Assembly (NCBI GenBank): GCA_022510845.1 | Contig: JAFLSR010000011.1 | Coordinates: 2,128-66,127 of the forward strand | Length of the DNA: 64,000 bases | Direction: 5' to 3' | Origin: Treponema sp. | GTDB lineage: Bacteria; Spirochaetota; Spirochaetia; Treponematales; Treponemataceae | Shown here: piece after piece, positions 9,173 to 17,732 of the stretch | Position numbering within the stretch: position 1 is the stretch's first letter | Layout of the letters: each line of letters starts with the position of its first letter | Notes under the pieces: model-generated | Told to the model about the DNA's origin: nothing | The model's input: the letters and a program-made list of their open reading frames with translations, nothing else | The model's database searches: none | Made by a program: the position numbers and the translations under genes

Positions 9173-9805
9173 ATGTTTTTGTTTTTATGCCTGCTTTTTC
9201 CTTTGGGATTTTTTATTTGGACGCGCTCGAATGACGATGGCGCGTTGAGATTTCTTGCGCCCGCTTTTTTCGGCGTTTTTGTTTCCGCAATTTTTTGCTC
9301 GTTCAAATATTTTTTCCTGCCGTTCTATTATTTGCCGCAGGATTCGTTTTTTAGGAATTTCTTGCACATATTCTTCGGTTATGTTTTCGTGCCGCTTGTG
9401 GCGATGTCCGTCCTGTGTTTTTTGCTTGAACGGCGCAGGGAGGTTTTTTCGCGCTTCGAAAACTTTTTTCCGCTTTGCACGGGATTTTATGCCATTTACC
9501 TTCCGTTCAGAATTTTGAGCGAAAAACTTCCGATTCCGTTTTTTTTGCTTTTCGCAAAACCCCTGATTTATTTTTTTATGATTCTCGGAGTTTCGAAAAT
9601 TCTCGTCGCGCTTTTTGAAAAGAATCGAACGAACATGACGAACGGCTCAAAAAAATTTTTTTTGGTTTATGCGCTTGTTTTTGCGGTTTTGTTTCCTGCT
9701 GTGCTTGAAGCGGCTTGGATGGTCGGCGCGAATGCCATTCTCACGATAATTTTGACGCTCGTGTATTTGGCTTTTGCCGCGGGAATTTCCGCGCTTGACA
9801 AATAG
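9173..9805 (+). CDS. Hypothetical polytopic membrane protein
   Basis: Several Phe/Leu-rich hydrophobic segments; start placed at ATG 9173 from the upstream promoter. Confidence 0.65.
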   Translation: MFLFLCLLFPLGFFIWTRSNDDGALRFLAPAFFGVFVSAIFCSFKYFFLPFYYLPQDSFFRNFLHIFFGYVFVPLVAMSVLCFLLERRREVFSRFENFFPLCTGFYAIYLPFRILSEKLPIPFFLLFAKPLIYFFMILGVSKILVALFEKNRTNMTNGSKKFFLVYALVFAVLFPAVLEAAWMVGANAILTIILTLVYLAFAAGISALDK

Positions 9806-9826
9806 GTTTTTGCGGCCCTCCGCGCC

Positions 9827-9853
9827 TAAACTTTTTTCTCGTTTTGCCGAAAA
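9827..9853 (+). promoter_or_regulatory. sigma28 (FliA)-type promoter of flgB
   Basis: TAAA (9827-30) - 15 nt - GCCGAAAA (9846-53), against consensus TAAA-N15-GCCGATAA. Confidence 0.7.
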
Positions 9854-9860
9854 TTATGGT

Positions 9861-10283
9861 ATGAACAGTTTTTCGCGGTCAATAGATTTGTTGCAAAAGG
9901 CTCTCGACGTGAATGCGTTGCGCTACCAAGTTACGGCGAACAATATCGCAAATGCCGAAGTGCCGAATTTCAAGCGTTCCACGGTGAATTTCGAAAGCGA
10001 GTTGAAGCGGGCGTTCGAGTCAAGGAAAAACGCGCGCAATTCGTTCGATCTGACTCGCACGAATTCAAAGCACGTTTCGATTCACAACGTAATCGACCCT
10101 GCTTCGGTGAAGCCGCGCCGCACGGTGGATTGGGCTTCCACAGAAAATTCGAACGGAAACAGCGTCAACATCGAAACCGAAGCGATGAACGTCATCAAAA
10201 TTCAGATGCAATACAGACTTTTGAGCCAGCTTGAGAATTTTGAATTCAGTCAAGTACGCACGGCGATGCAGCCGAACAGATAG
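9861..10283 (+). CDS. flgB: Flagellar basal body rod protein FlgB
   Basis: ANNIANAEVPNF motif and NGNSVNIETE; precedes flgC. Confidence 0.95.
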   Translation: MNSFSRSIDLLQKALDVNALRYQVTANNIANAEVPNFKRSTVNFESELKRAFESRKNARNSFDLTRTNSKHVSIHNVIDPASVKPRRTVDWASTENSNGNSVNIETEAMNVIKIQMQYRLLSQLENFEFSQVRTAMQPNR

Positions 10284-10432
10284 CGCGGTTGTGATGCGGC
10301 TTTTCGTTTGATTTAGTGGGAAGTCGGCGCAAAAATTTTGATATACTGCGCGTTCTCATTGCTTTGCGAACGCGCGTAAAAAAATATTTTGCAATTTTGA
10401 AAAATTGTAAAATATTTTTTTTGGAGGAGAAA

Positions 10433-10891
10433 ATGGGAATTTTTTCTAGCATAAACATCGCTTCCACAGGATTGAGCGCGGAGCGGCTTCGCACCGATGT
10501 CATTTCAAACAACATCGCGAACGCTTCCACGACACGCACCCAAGAAGGCGGCGCGTTCAAACGCTCGCGCGTGGTTTTCCAGCCGGTGAGCGATTCGAAT
10601 CCAACGTTCCGCACGCCATACCTTCCTTCGAATTTGGACAACGGTCCTGGAAAGGGCGTTAAAGTCCGCGAGATTGTGAAAGACACTTCGGAGGGAAAAC
10701 TCGTCTACGATCCCGACCATCCGGACGCGATAAAAAGCGGACCGAATGCGGGCTATGTGGAATACCCGAACGTCAACATTGTGAACGAAATGGTGGACTT
10801 GATTTCGGCATCGCGCGCATACGAAGCGAACACTACGGTAATCGAAGGTTCGAAAGATATGTTCAGCGCGGCGCTTGAAATCGCGAGATAA
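10433..10891 (+). CDS. flgC: Flagellar basal body rod protein FlgC
   Basis: ISNNIANASTT, YDPDHPDA, PNVNIVNEMVDLISASRAYEAN; GGAGGA RBS. Confidence 0.97.
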   Translation: MGIFSSINIASTGLSAERLRTDVISNNIANASTTRTQEGGAFKRSRVVFQPVSDSNPTFRTPYLPSNLDNGPGKGVKVREIVKDTSEGKLVYDPDHPDAIKSGPNAGYVEYPNVNIVNEMVDLISASRAYEANTTVIEGSKDMFSAALEIAR

Positions 10892-10941
10892 ATAAGATAT
10901 TCTGAAACCTTGAAAATTTTAATTGGGAGGAAACAAGGAAA

Positions 10942-11289
10942 ATGAAAATCAACGAAATGCAGGTCCTTCAGATGAAGGGCTTTGAAAACATTCAAAATAC
11001 AAACCCACTGAAAACTCCGGCATATCTCAACTTGAATTCTGCGGCGGAGGAAAGTCAGCGGCTCAATGAAAACTCTTTCGGCGAATTTCTCGCGGATGCC
11101 GTTTCGCAGATGAACAAGCAGCAGACGGAAGTTTCGGCGATGGAAGAGCAACTCATCACAGACCCCGATAGCCTTGACATTCATGATGTTACCACGGCGA
11201 TGGCGAAGGCGCAAATGTCGATGACGCTTGCGAAGACAGTCGTTGACCGAATCGTGACTGGCTGGAACGAGATTACTACTACAAGGTAA
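10942..11289 (+). CDS. fliE: Flagellar hook-basal body protein FliE
   Basis: SFGEFLADAV...DIHDVTTAMAKAQMSM...VDRIVTGWNEI; follows flgC. Confidence 0.9.
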   Translation: MKINEMQVLQMKGFENIQNTNPLKTPAYLNLNSAAEESQRLNENSFGEFLADAVSQMNKQQTEVSAMEEQLITDPDSLDIHDVTTAMAKAQMSMTLAKTVVDRIVTGWNEITTTR

Positions 11290-11333
11290 CTTTGAGTGAC
11301 AAGTGTTCGAAATCGGCGGGGCGCGTCTTGTAT

Positions 11334-11414
11334 GCAGGGCGATGCCCTGCTACCGAGTTTCGCATAGCGAAACTCGCGACGGCTCTGCATCGCAAGCCGT
11401 TGGCTTGCGATGCA
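11334..11414. repeat. Cluster of three perfect hairpins with 3-nt loops (REP-like)
   Basis: GCAGGGC-gat-GCCCTGC; CGAGTTTCGC-ata-GCGAAACTCG; TGCATCGCAAGCC-gtt-GGCTTGCGATGCA. Confidence 0.8.
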
Positions 11415-11572
11415 GGGGAATTGCGCTTCACAAAACATTCAAAAATGTTGTGTTGCTTTCTGTTCATGTCTTTCTGATTTGCTGGCAAATTCATTTTTGG
11501 CAATTCCAAATGCGCAAGGAGTTTGTTTTCTGAAACGGCTTTTCGTTTTGGAAAAAATGATGGGGAAATCAA

Positions 11573-12394
11573 ATGGAATCTAATGAGCACATTGTTCGGG
11601 AGGGGGTATACGTTCCTCCCACCGACACGGTTTGGCCTGAGAAGCCGGATGAGGCCGCCTTGCAGGTGAAAAAACTGCGCGAAGTAAAAGTTGACGAAAA
11701 CTATCCGTTTTTGGATAAGACGTTCAAAGGCTGGTTTTTCCGCAACATCATCTATTCCACGATTTTCACGCTCGTTTTTCTTTTGCAGCATCTTCGTTAT
11801 GGAATAAAAATCGAGGGAAAGAAAAATATCAGGCGCAACAAGGCGCTTTTCAAAAACGGCGCGCTCACTGTATGCAACCATGTCTACCGATGGGATTTTT
11901 TGGCGGTTGTGCAGGCTACAAGGAAGCGGGCGTATTTTCCGGCGCGCGCGGAAAACCTCGGCGGAAGCGATTCTCTTTTGATTCGTTCTGTGGGCGGAAT
12001 TCCCATCGCAGAAAATTTCGCGGGAATGAAAAAATTCTACGAAGCGTTCGACAAACTCCATGCGAAGAAAAAGTGGTTCCATGTTTTCCCCGAATCTTGC
12101 CGTTGGCAGTGGTATCAGCCGCTTCGCCCGTTCAAGCGCGGCGCATTCGAATTCGCACATCGGTACAACATTCCGGTCATTCCGATGGTGATTTCCTATC
12201 GCGAGCCGAAAGGTTGGCGAAAGCTGATTGGGATAAAGCATCCGCTTGTTACGCTGCGCGTAGGCGAGCCATTTTTGCCTGACCAAAGCATTTCTTCAAA
12301 GCAGGATTCAATTCGAATGCGAGAAATCGCGTTCGAAAAAATGCGCGAGATGGCTGGAATTGTTAAGAACAAGTGGCCGTGCGAAGGCGACTGA
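11573..12394 (+). CDS. Lysophospholipid acyltransferase (PlsC family)
   Basis: HxxxxD motif NHVYRWD; VFPES and PFKRGAF blocks. Confidence 0.85.
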   Translation: MESNEHIVREGVYVPPTDTVWPEKPDEAALQVKKLREVKVDENYPFLDKTFKGWFFRNIIYSTIFTLVFLLQHLRYGIKIEGKKNIRRNKALFKNGALTVCNHVYRWDFLAVVQATRKRAYFPARAENLGGSDSLLIRSVGGIPIAENFAGMKKFYEAFDKLHAKKKWFHVFPESCRWQWYQPLRPFKRGAFEFAHRYNIPVIPMVISYREPKGWRKLIGIKHPLVTLRVGEPFLPDQSISSKQDSIRMREIAFEKMREMAGIVKNKWPCEGD

Positions 12395-13516
12395 TTATTT
12401 GCAAGAAATCAAATCGTATTGCCGCGTTCCAAGCCCGATTTTTTCGCCGTGCTCAAGCGCGGTTTCCCAAACTGAGGCGTGGGTGGAATCGCGCCACAAG
12501 TCGTTCGTGGCTTTGTAGCCTGCCTTTATGTGGTCTCCGATTTGGGTGTCCTTGAAACGCTCCGCCTTTTGGCAGAGTTCGCTTGAAGCGGCATCCAACG
12601 CAACGGGGTCGAAACTTGCGAGCATTCCCAAATTCGGGATGAGCGGCGCGTCGTTATAGGCGTGGCAATCGCACCAAGGGCTTACGTCACGAATGATGTT
12701 TATGTGGAAGCACGGGCGGTCTGCGCAAACGGCGAGCGTATATTCTGCCATTTTGCGTCCCAAATCCTCGAACGCTCCTTCGTTCGGATTGTAGATTGCG
12801 TCGAAATTGCACGAGCCGATGCATCGTCCGCAGCCCTTGCATTTTTCTTGGTCGATTACTGCCTTTCTTTCGACGTATGAAATCGCGTCGCTTCCGCATT
12901 CCTTGGCGCACATTCGGCAGCCACGGCAGGCTTCCTTGTTTACAAGCGGCTTTCCGGCGTTGTGCTGAATCATCTTTCCGGCGCGGCTTCCGCAACCCAT
13001 TCCGATGTTTTTGATTGCCCCTCCGAATCCCGCTGCTTCGTGCCCTTTGAAGTGCGCGAGCGAGATGAAGATGTCGGCATCCATCACGGCGCGTCCGATG
13101 AGCGCAGTCTTGCAAAGTTCGCCGTTCGGAACTGGAACTTCGATGTCGTCAGTGCCTTTGAGACCGTCGCCGATTATTATGGGACAGCCCGTGGTGACGG
13201 AATTGAAGCCGTGCTTTTCGGCGCAGTGGAGGTGTTCGATTGCGTTTTTGCGCGAACCGGGATAAAGCGTGTTGCAGTCGGTGAGGAAGGGCTTTCCGCC
13301 CAATTCCTTGACAAGTTCCGCCACGGCGCGCGCGTAATCCGGGCGAAGGTACGACATATTGCCGTCTTCTCCGAAATGCATTTTTATTGCGACGAGTTTT
13401 TTGTCGAAGTCGATTTTTTCGATTCCGGTTGTTTTCAAAAGCCGCTTGAGCTTCCGTTCGATTCCGCCGTCTTCAGTAACGCGGAAATCCGCAAAAAAAA
13501 CCTTTGCCTTTTCCAT
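12395..13516 (-). CDS. DUF362 domain Fe-S protein with two [4Fe-4S] ferredoxin motifs
   Basis: VAIKMHFGE, HFKGHEAAGFGGAIKNIGMGC; CRGCRMCAKEC and CKGCGRCIGSC. Confidence 0.88.
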   Translation of the reverse strand: MEKAKVFFADFRVTEDGGIERKLKRLLKTTGIEKIDFDKKLVAIKMHFGEDGNMSYLRPDYARAVAELVKELGGKPFLTDCNTLYPGSRKNAIEHLHCAEKHGFNSVTTGCPIIIGDGLKGTDDIEVPVPNGELCKTALIGRAVMDADIFISLAHFKGHEAAGFGGAIKNIGMGCGSRAGKMIQHNAGKPLVNKEACRGCRMCAKECGSDAISYVERKAVIDQEKCKGCGRCIGSCNFDAIYNPNEGAFEDLGRKMAEYTLAVCADRPCFHINIIRDVSPWCDCHAYNDAPLIPNLGMLASFDPVALDAASSELCQKAERFKDTQIGDHIKAGYKATNDLWRDSTHASVWETALEHGEKIGLGTRQYDLISCK

Positions 13517-13668
13517 TACTACCTCTTTAAAAAACTCCGCGTTAGCGATTTTGGGTTATACGAGTTGCGTGTCTAATTAAACGCTGATTTGTGCGCGGCT
13601 CAGTAAAATCTTCAAGCGATAAAAATTCAATCATATTATAAATCAATTTGGCGAAAAAATCAACCTAC

Positions 13669-13697
13669 TTGGAACATTTTTTTGAATTCATTATAAT
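13669..13697 (+). promoter_or_regulatory. sigma70 promoter, likely leaderless MATE transcript
   Basis: TTGGAA - 17 nt - TATAAT, then 7 nt, then ATG 13705; no Shine-Dalgarno. Confidence 0.65.
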
Positions 13698-13704
13698 TGG
13701 CTAT

Positions 13705-15045
13705 ATGACGAAGGATTTGACAGAAGGAAAACCGCTCACGCTCATAGTGAAGTTTTCGTTTAGCATCCTTTTGGGATTGCTTTTCCAGCAATTCTACAAC
13801 ATCGTTGACACTGCGATTGTCGGGCGCGCTCTTGGACCTGAGGCTTTGGCGGCGGTGGGATGCACGGGAAGCGTCTGCTTTTTGCTTTTGGGATTTTGCA
13901 ACGGAGTGTCAGGCGGATTCACGCTTCCGATTGCGCAGAAATTCGGCGCGAAGGATTTTTCTTTGATGCGGACCTATGTTTGGAACGCCGCGTTTTTGTG
14001 CATAATTTTTTCCGTTGTGTTCACTGTGGGAACTGCGATTCTCTGCGGTCCGATTCTCGTCTTGATGAGGACGCCGGAAAGGATTTTGAATGATTCGGTC
14101 TCATACCTGCGCATCATTTTCCTCGGGATTCCGTTTTTGTTTCTGTACAATTTCATCGCGAATTTGATGCGCTCGCTTGGCGACAGCAAGACGCCGCTTT
14201 ATTTTTTGGTAGCCTCTTCAATCTTGAATATTTTGCTGGACTTGTTTTTCATACGAGTTTGTTCGATGGGAGTGGCGGGCGCGGCGTTGGCGACTGTGAT
14301 TTCGCAGGCGTTGCCGGGCTTGGTGAGCCTTGCTTTTTTGCTGAAGAATTTTTCGATTCTGAAAATGAGCCGCAAAGAAAAAGTCATCGCGAAAAAGCAT
14401 TGCTTCGAACTGTGCCGATTCGGAATTCCGATGGGCTTGCAATATTCGATTACGGCAATCGGAAGCGTGATATTGCAATCTTCGGTGAACGGACTTGGAC
14501 ATTATACCGTGACTGCGATTTCTGCTGGAATGAAAATCAATATGCTTTTTGCGAGTGTGTTCGATTCGTTCGGGCTTACGATGGCGACTTATGGCGGGCA
14601 GAACACTGGGGCTGCGAAGTACGACAGGCTTGTGCATGGCGTTCGCGACTGTATGCTGATTTCGGCGGTGTACAGTATTGTGGCGTTTGCGGCGGTTTTT
14701 TTCTTTGGAAAGAATTTTATCTACATCTTTTTGAAGAACCCTACCGAAAAAATTCTGGACGAAGCATATATTTTTCTTCTTGCGAATTTCGGATTCTACA
14801 TCACGCTCGCCGCGGTGAACATCTATCGCTTTATGATTCAGGGAATGGGATTTTCCGCGTTCTCGATGTTTTCGGGACTTGCGGAAATGCTTGCGCGCGC
14901 GGCGATGGGAATCTTCGCCGTTCCGCTTTTTGGAATATATGGCGCGGTTTTCGGAAGCCCCGCCGCATGGGTTTTGGCTGACTGCTTTTTGATTCCCGCG
15001 TTTTATCATTGCGTGAAAAAATTGAAAAGCGCGAAAAGAATTTGA
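13705..15045 (+). CDS. MATE family efflux transporter
   Basis: MTKDLTEGKP, FQQFYNIVDTAIVGR, GDSKTPLYFL, GVAGAALATVISQ. Confidence 0.93.
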   Translation: MTKDLTEGKPLTLIVKFSFSILLGLLFQQFYNIVDTAIVGRALGPEALAAVGCTGSVCFLLLGFCNGVSGGFTLPIAQKFGAKDFSLMRTYVWNAAFLCIIFSVVFTVGTAILCGPILVLMRTPERILNDSVSYLRIIFLGIPFLFLYNFIANLMRSLGDSKTPLYFLVASSILNILLDLFFIRVCSMGVAGAALATVISQALPGLVSLAFLLKNFSILKMSRKEKVIAKKHCFELCRFGIPMGLQYSITAIGSVILQSSVNGLGHYTVTAISAGMKINMLFASVFDSFGLTMATYGGQNTGAAKYDRLVHGVRDCMLISAVYSIVAFAAVFFFGKNFIYIFLKNPTEKILDEAYIFLLANFGFYITLAAVNIYRFMIQGMGFSAFSMFSGLAEMLARAAMGIFAVPLFGIYGAVFGSPAAWVLADCFLIPAFYHCVKKLKSAKRI

Positions 15046-15169
15046 GCGAATTGCGTTTTAAGCGGGCGGGATGCAGGAACGCGCGGTGTTGGAAAAGTGC
15101 GCCGCGAGTTTTGCCTTGCAAAAGTCGTTGGCAACTTTTTTCATTGCCTAAAATGTAGGAAGCGAATCA

Positions 15170-17629
15170 ATGGACACAACATCAAGAATCTCCATGCCCG
15201 CGATAATTGCGATGAGGCGGGAAATAGAACGCGCTGGCGGCAACGAAGTTTTTTTTGTGGGGAAGACAAACGAAAACGGAATCGTCACTTCCGTAAAGGC
15301 GCTTTCGCGCGGAAACGAGCACAGCGTGCCGATAAACTTTGCGGAAAGCCGCGAGCCTTGTGTGCTCATCCACAATCATCCCGGAGGAAACCTCACGCCC
15401 TCCGAGGCAGACCTTGCCGCCGCCTCTCGCGCCAACGAGAATTCCCAGGGATTTTATATTGTGAACAACTCCGTCACAGAAGTGTACGTGGTGATGGAGG
15501 CAGTTCCCGCGAAAAAACTCGAAATGATTGACGCAGAAGATGCCGCGTCCTATATAAGCGAAGGCGGCGCACTTTCGAAACTCTCAGAAAACTTCGAGGA
15601 AAGACCAGTTCAAGTGCGGCTTCTAAAGTCCATCGCGCAAGCGTTCAACAAAGGGCAAGTCGGCGCGTTCGAGGCGGGAACAGGAGTTGGTAAGAGTTAC
15701 GCGTATTTGATTCCCGCAATATTGTGGGCGCTCCAAAACAAGGAGCGCGTGGTGATTTCCACGGGCACGATAAACCTCCAGCAGCAGTTGAGCGAAAAGG
15801 ACATTCCCGCGGCGCAAAAAATCCTTGGAAAGAATGTGAAGGCGGTTTTGGTAAAGGGCCGCAACAATTATGTGTGCCTCAGAAGGCTTGAGGAATTGGG
15901 AAAGGAGCGAGACCTTTTTGACAATGAAAGCGAGGCTTTGGAAAAAATCCGCGAATGGGCAGAAGTTTCTCCGAGCGGAAGCCGCAGCGACCTTTCGTTC
16001 TTTCCGCCCGAAAATGTATGGGGACGGGTTTCGTCTGAAAGCGACGCTTGCATGGGGCTTCATTGTCCATTCCGCGACAAATGCTTTGTGATGGCTGTGA
16101 GGCGCGAGGCGAGCGACGCGCAGATTCTCGTGGTGAACCATCACTTGCTTTTTGCGGACATCGAGTCGCGCATGAACGGAGTTGGATACGATGACAGCGC
16201 GGTGCTCCCCCCATACAAGCGAATCGTGTTTGACGAAGCGCACGGAATCGAAAACGCCGCCACGAGTTTTTTCAGCGAGCAAATCACTAGGATGCGAATC
16301 ATCAAGCAGATGAATCTTTTGTTCCGCAAGCGACGGGGAAGTTACGCAGGATATGTTTTTACGCTCATCGCGCTTTCCACGCAGGAAGACACTTCGGATG
16401 AAGTTGCGGAATCTGTTGAGCGAATAAAGTCCGACATCGTGAATCTTGAGACTGCGGCTTTGGACATGATGCAAAGCGAATCCACGCTCCGCCTGTACGA
16501 AAAAACGCGGGCTTCATTTTCGCCCGTGATTTCGCTTTTGGGAACTTTGGCAGGGGATTTGGAGCGGCTTGTGGCTGCCGTGCGGAACATCATGGAGGGG
16601 CTTTCCGAAGAGGACAAGGTTGAGAACGCGTATTGGGAAACGAAGTCGATTCTGCGGAGGCTTGAGGAGGCGGCCATTCTTTGCAAGGATTTTTCGTTTT
16701 GGGATGAAAAGCGCGAAATGGTTTTTTGGATTCAAAAGCAGCGGCTTCCAGAAGGCTTTGCTTCCGAAGGCGGCTCGACTTATGTCGTTTTTTCGAGAAC
16801 CCCGCTTTATATCGCGCCGCTTATGAACAACGGAGTCTTTGAGCCGATGGAAAGCGTCGTGTGCACTTCCGCCACGCTGAAAATTGGCGCGAAATTTGGT
16901 TTTTGGATGCGGCACACAGGGCTTTCTTTGGTGGGGCAAGAGCGAATCGCTTCTGAAAGTTTTGAATCGCCTTTTCAATACGAAAAGAATGTGCTCCTTG
17001 CGGTGGCGCGCGACGTTCCGTTTCCGAACAGCATTGAATTTCAAAGTTGCATGGAACGCGCGATTTTGAAATTGATTCGCGCGAGCGGCGGAAGTTCGCT
17101 CGTCCTATTCACTTCATACGATTCGCTGAAAAACGCATACTCCCGAGTGAAGGACGGCCTTTCCGAACTTGGAATAAACGTCATGCGGCAGGGCGACGAC
17201 GACCGCTTCCGCCTTTTGGACAAATTCAAAAACGACAAGACGAGCGTGCTTTTTGCGACGGATTCGTTTTGGCAGGGAATAGACGTTCCGGGGGATTCGC
17301 TTCGACAGGTGATTATCGTAAAACTTCCTTTCCCGGTTCCGTCCGAGCCAGTGTTCGCGGCGCGTGCGCAGGAAATCGATGAGCGCGGAGGCTCTTCGTT
17401 TATGGAACTTTCTGTTCCGGAAGCCGTGATAAAATTTCGGCAGGGATTCGGCCGCCTTGTCCGTCGCAGCGATGACAGGGGAGCGGTGGTGGTGCTCGAC
17501 CGCCGAATTATCGAAAAGCCCTATGGCAGCGTTTTTATGAAAAGCCTCCCGAAGACGCGCGTGGCTTATGACGGCGTGGACAATATAGCGGAACAAGTGC
17601 GGCTTTATGCGCGTGGTGATGGGCTATAA
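15170..17629 (+). CDS. DinG/YoaA family Fe-S helicase with N-terminal JAB/MPN (RadC-like) domain
   Basis: JAMM-type HNHPGGNLTPSEAD; Walker A EAGTGVGKS; four Fe-S Cys; DEAH; FWQGIDVPG; QGFGRLVR. Confidence 0.9.
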   Translation: MDTTSRISMPAIIAMRREIERAGGNEVFFVGKTNENGIVTSVKALSRGNEHSVPINFAESREPCVLIHNHPGGNLTPSEADLAAASRANENSQGFYIVNNSVTEVYVVMEAVPAKKLEMIDAEDAASYISEGGALSKLSENFEERPVQVRLLKSIAQAFNKGQVGAFEAGTGVGKSYAYLIPAILWALQNKERVVISTGTINLQQQLSEKDIPAAQKILGKNVKAVLVKGRNNYVCLRRLEELGKERDLFDNESEALEKIREWAEVSPSGSRSDLSFFPPENVWGRVSSESDACMGLHCPFRDKCFVMAVRREASDAQILVVNHHLLFADIESRMNGVGYDDSAVLPPYKRIVFDEAHGIENAATSFFSEQITRMRIIKQMNLLFRKRRGSYAGYVFTLIALSTQEDTSDEVAESVERIKSDIVNLETAALDMMQSESTLRLYEKTRASFSPVISLLGTLAGDLERLVAAVRNIMEGLSEEDKVENAYWETKSILRRLEEAAILCKDFSFWDEKREMVFWIQKQRLPEGFASEGGSTYVVFSRTPLYIAPLMNNGVFEPMESVVCTSATLKIGAKFGFWMRHTGLSLVGQERIASESFESPFQYEKNVLLAVARDVPFPNSIEFQSCMERAILKLIRASGGSSLVLFTSYDSLKNAYSRVKDGLSELGINVMRQGDDDRFRLLDKFKNDKTSVLFATDSFWQGIDVPGDSLRQVIIVKLPFPVPSEPVFAARAQEIDERGGSSFMELSVPEAVIKFRQGFGRLVRRSDDRGAVVVLDRRIIEKPYGSVFMKSLPKTRVAYDGVDNIAEQVRLYARGDGL

Positions 17630-17732
17630 TTTTTGCACATCATTTTGTCGAAGCGACTTTGTGTGAATGATTGGACGCGATAGAATATTTTTCGGTGATG
17701 TTTGTGCAAAATCGAATTGCTTGCGAAAAAAC

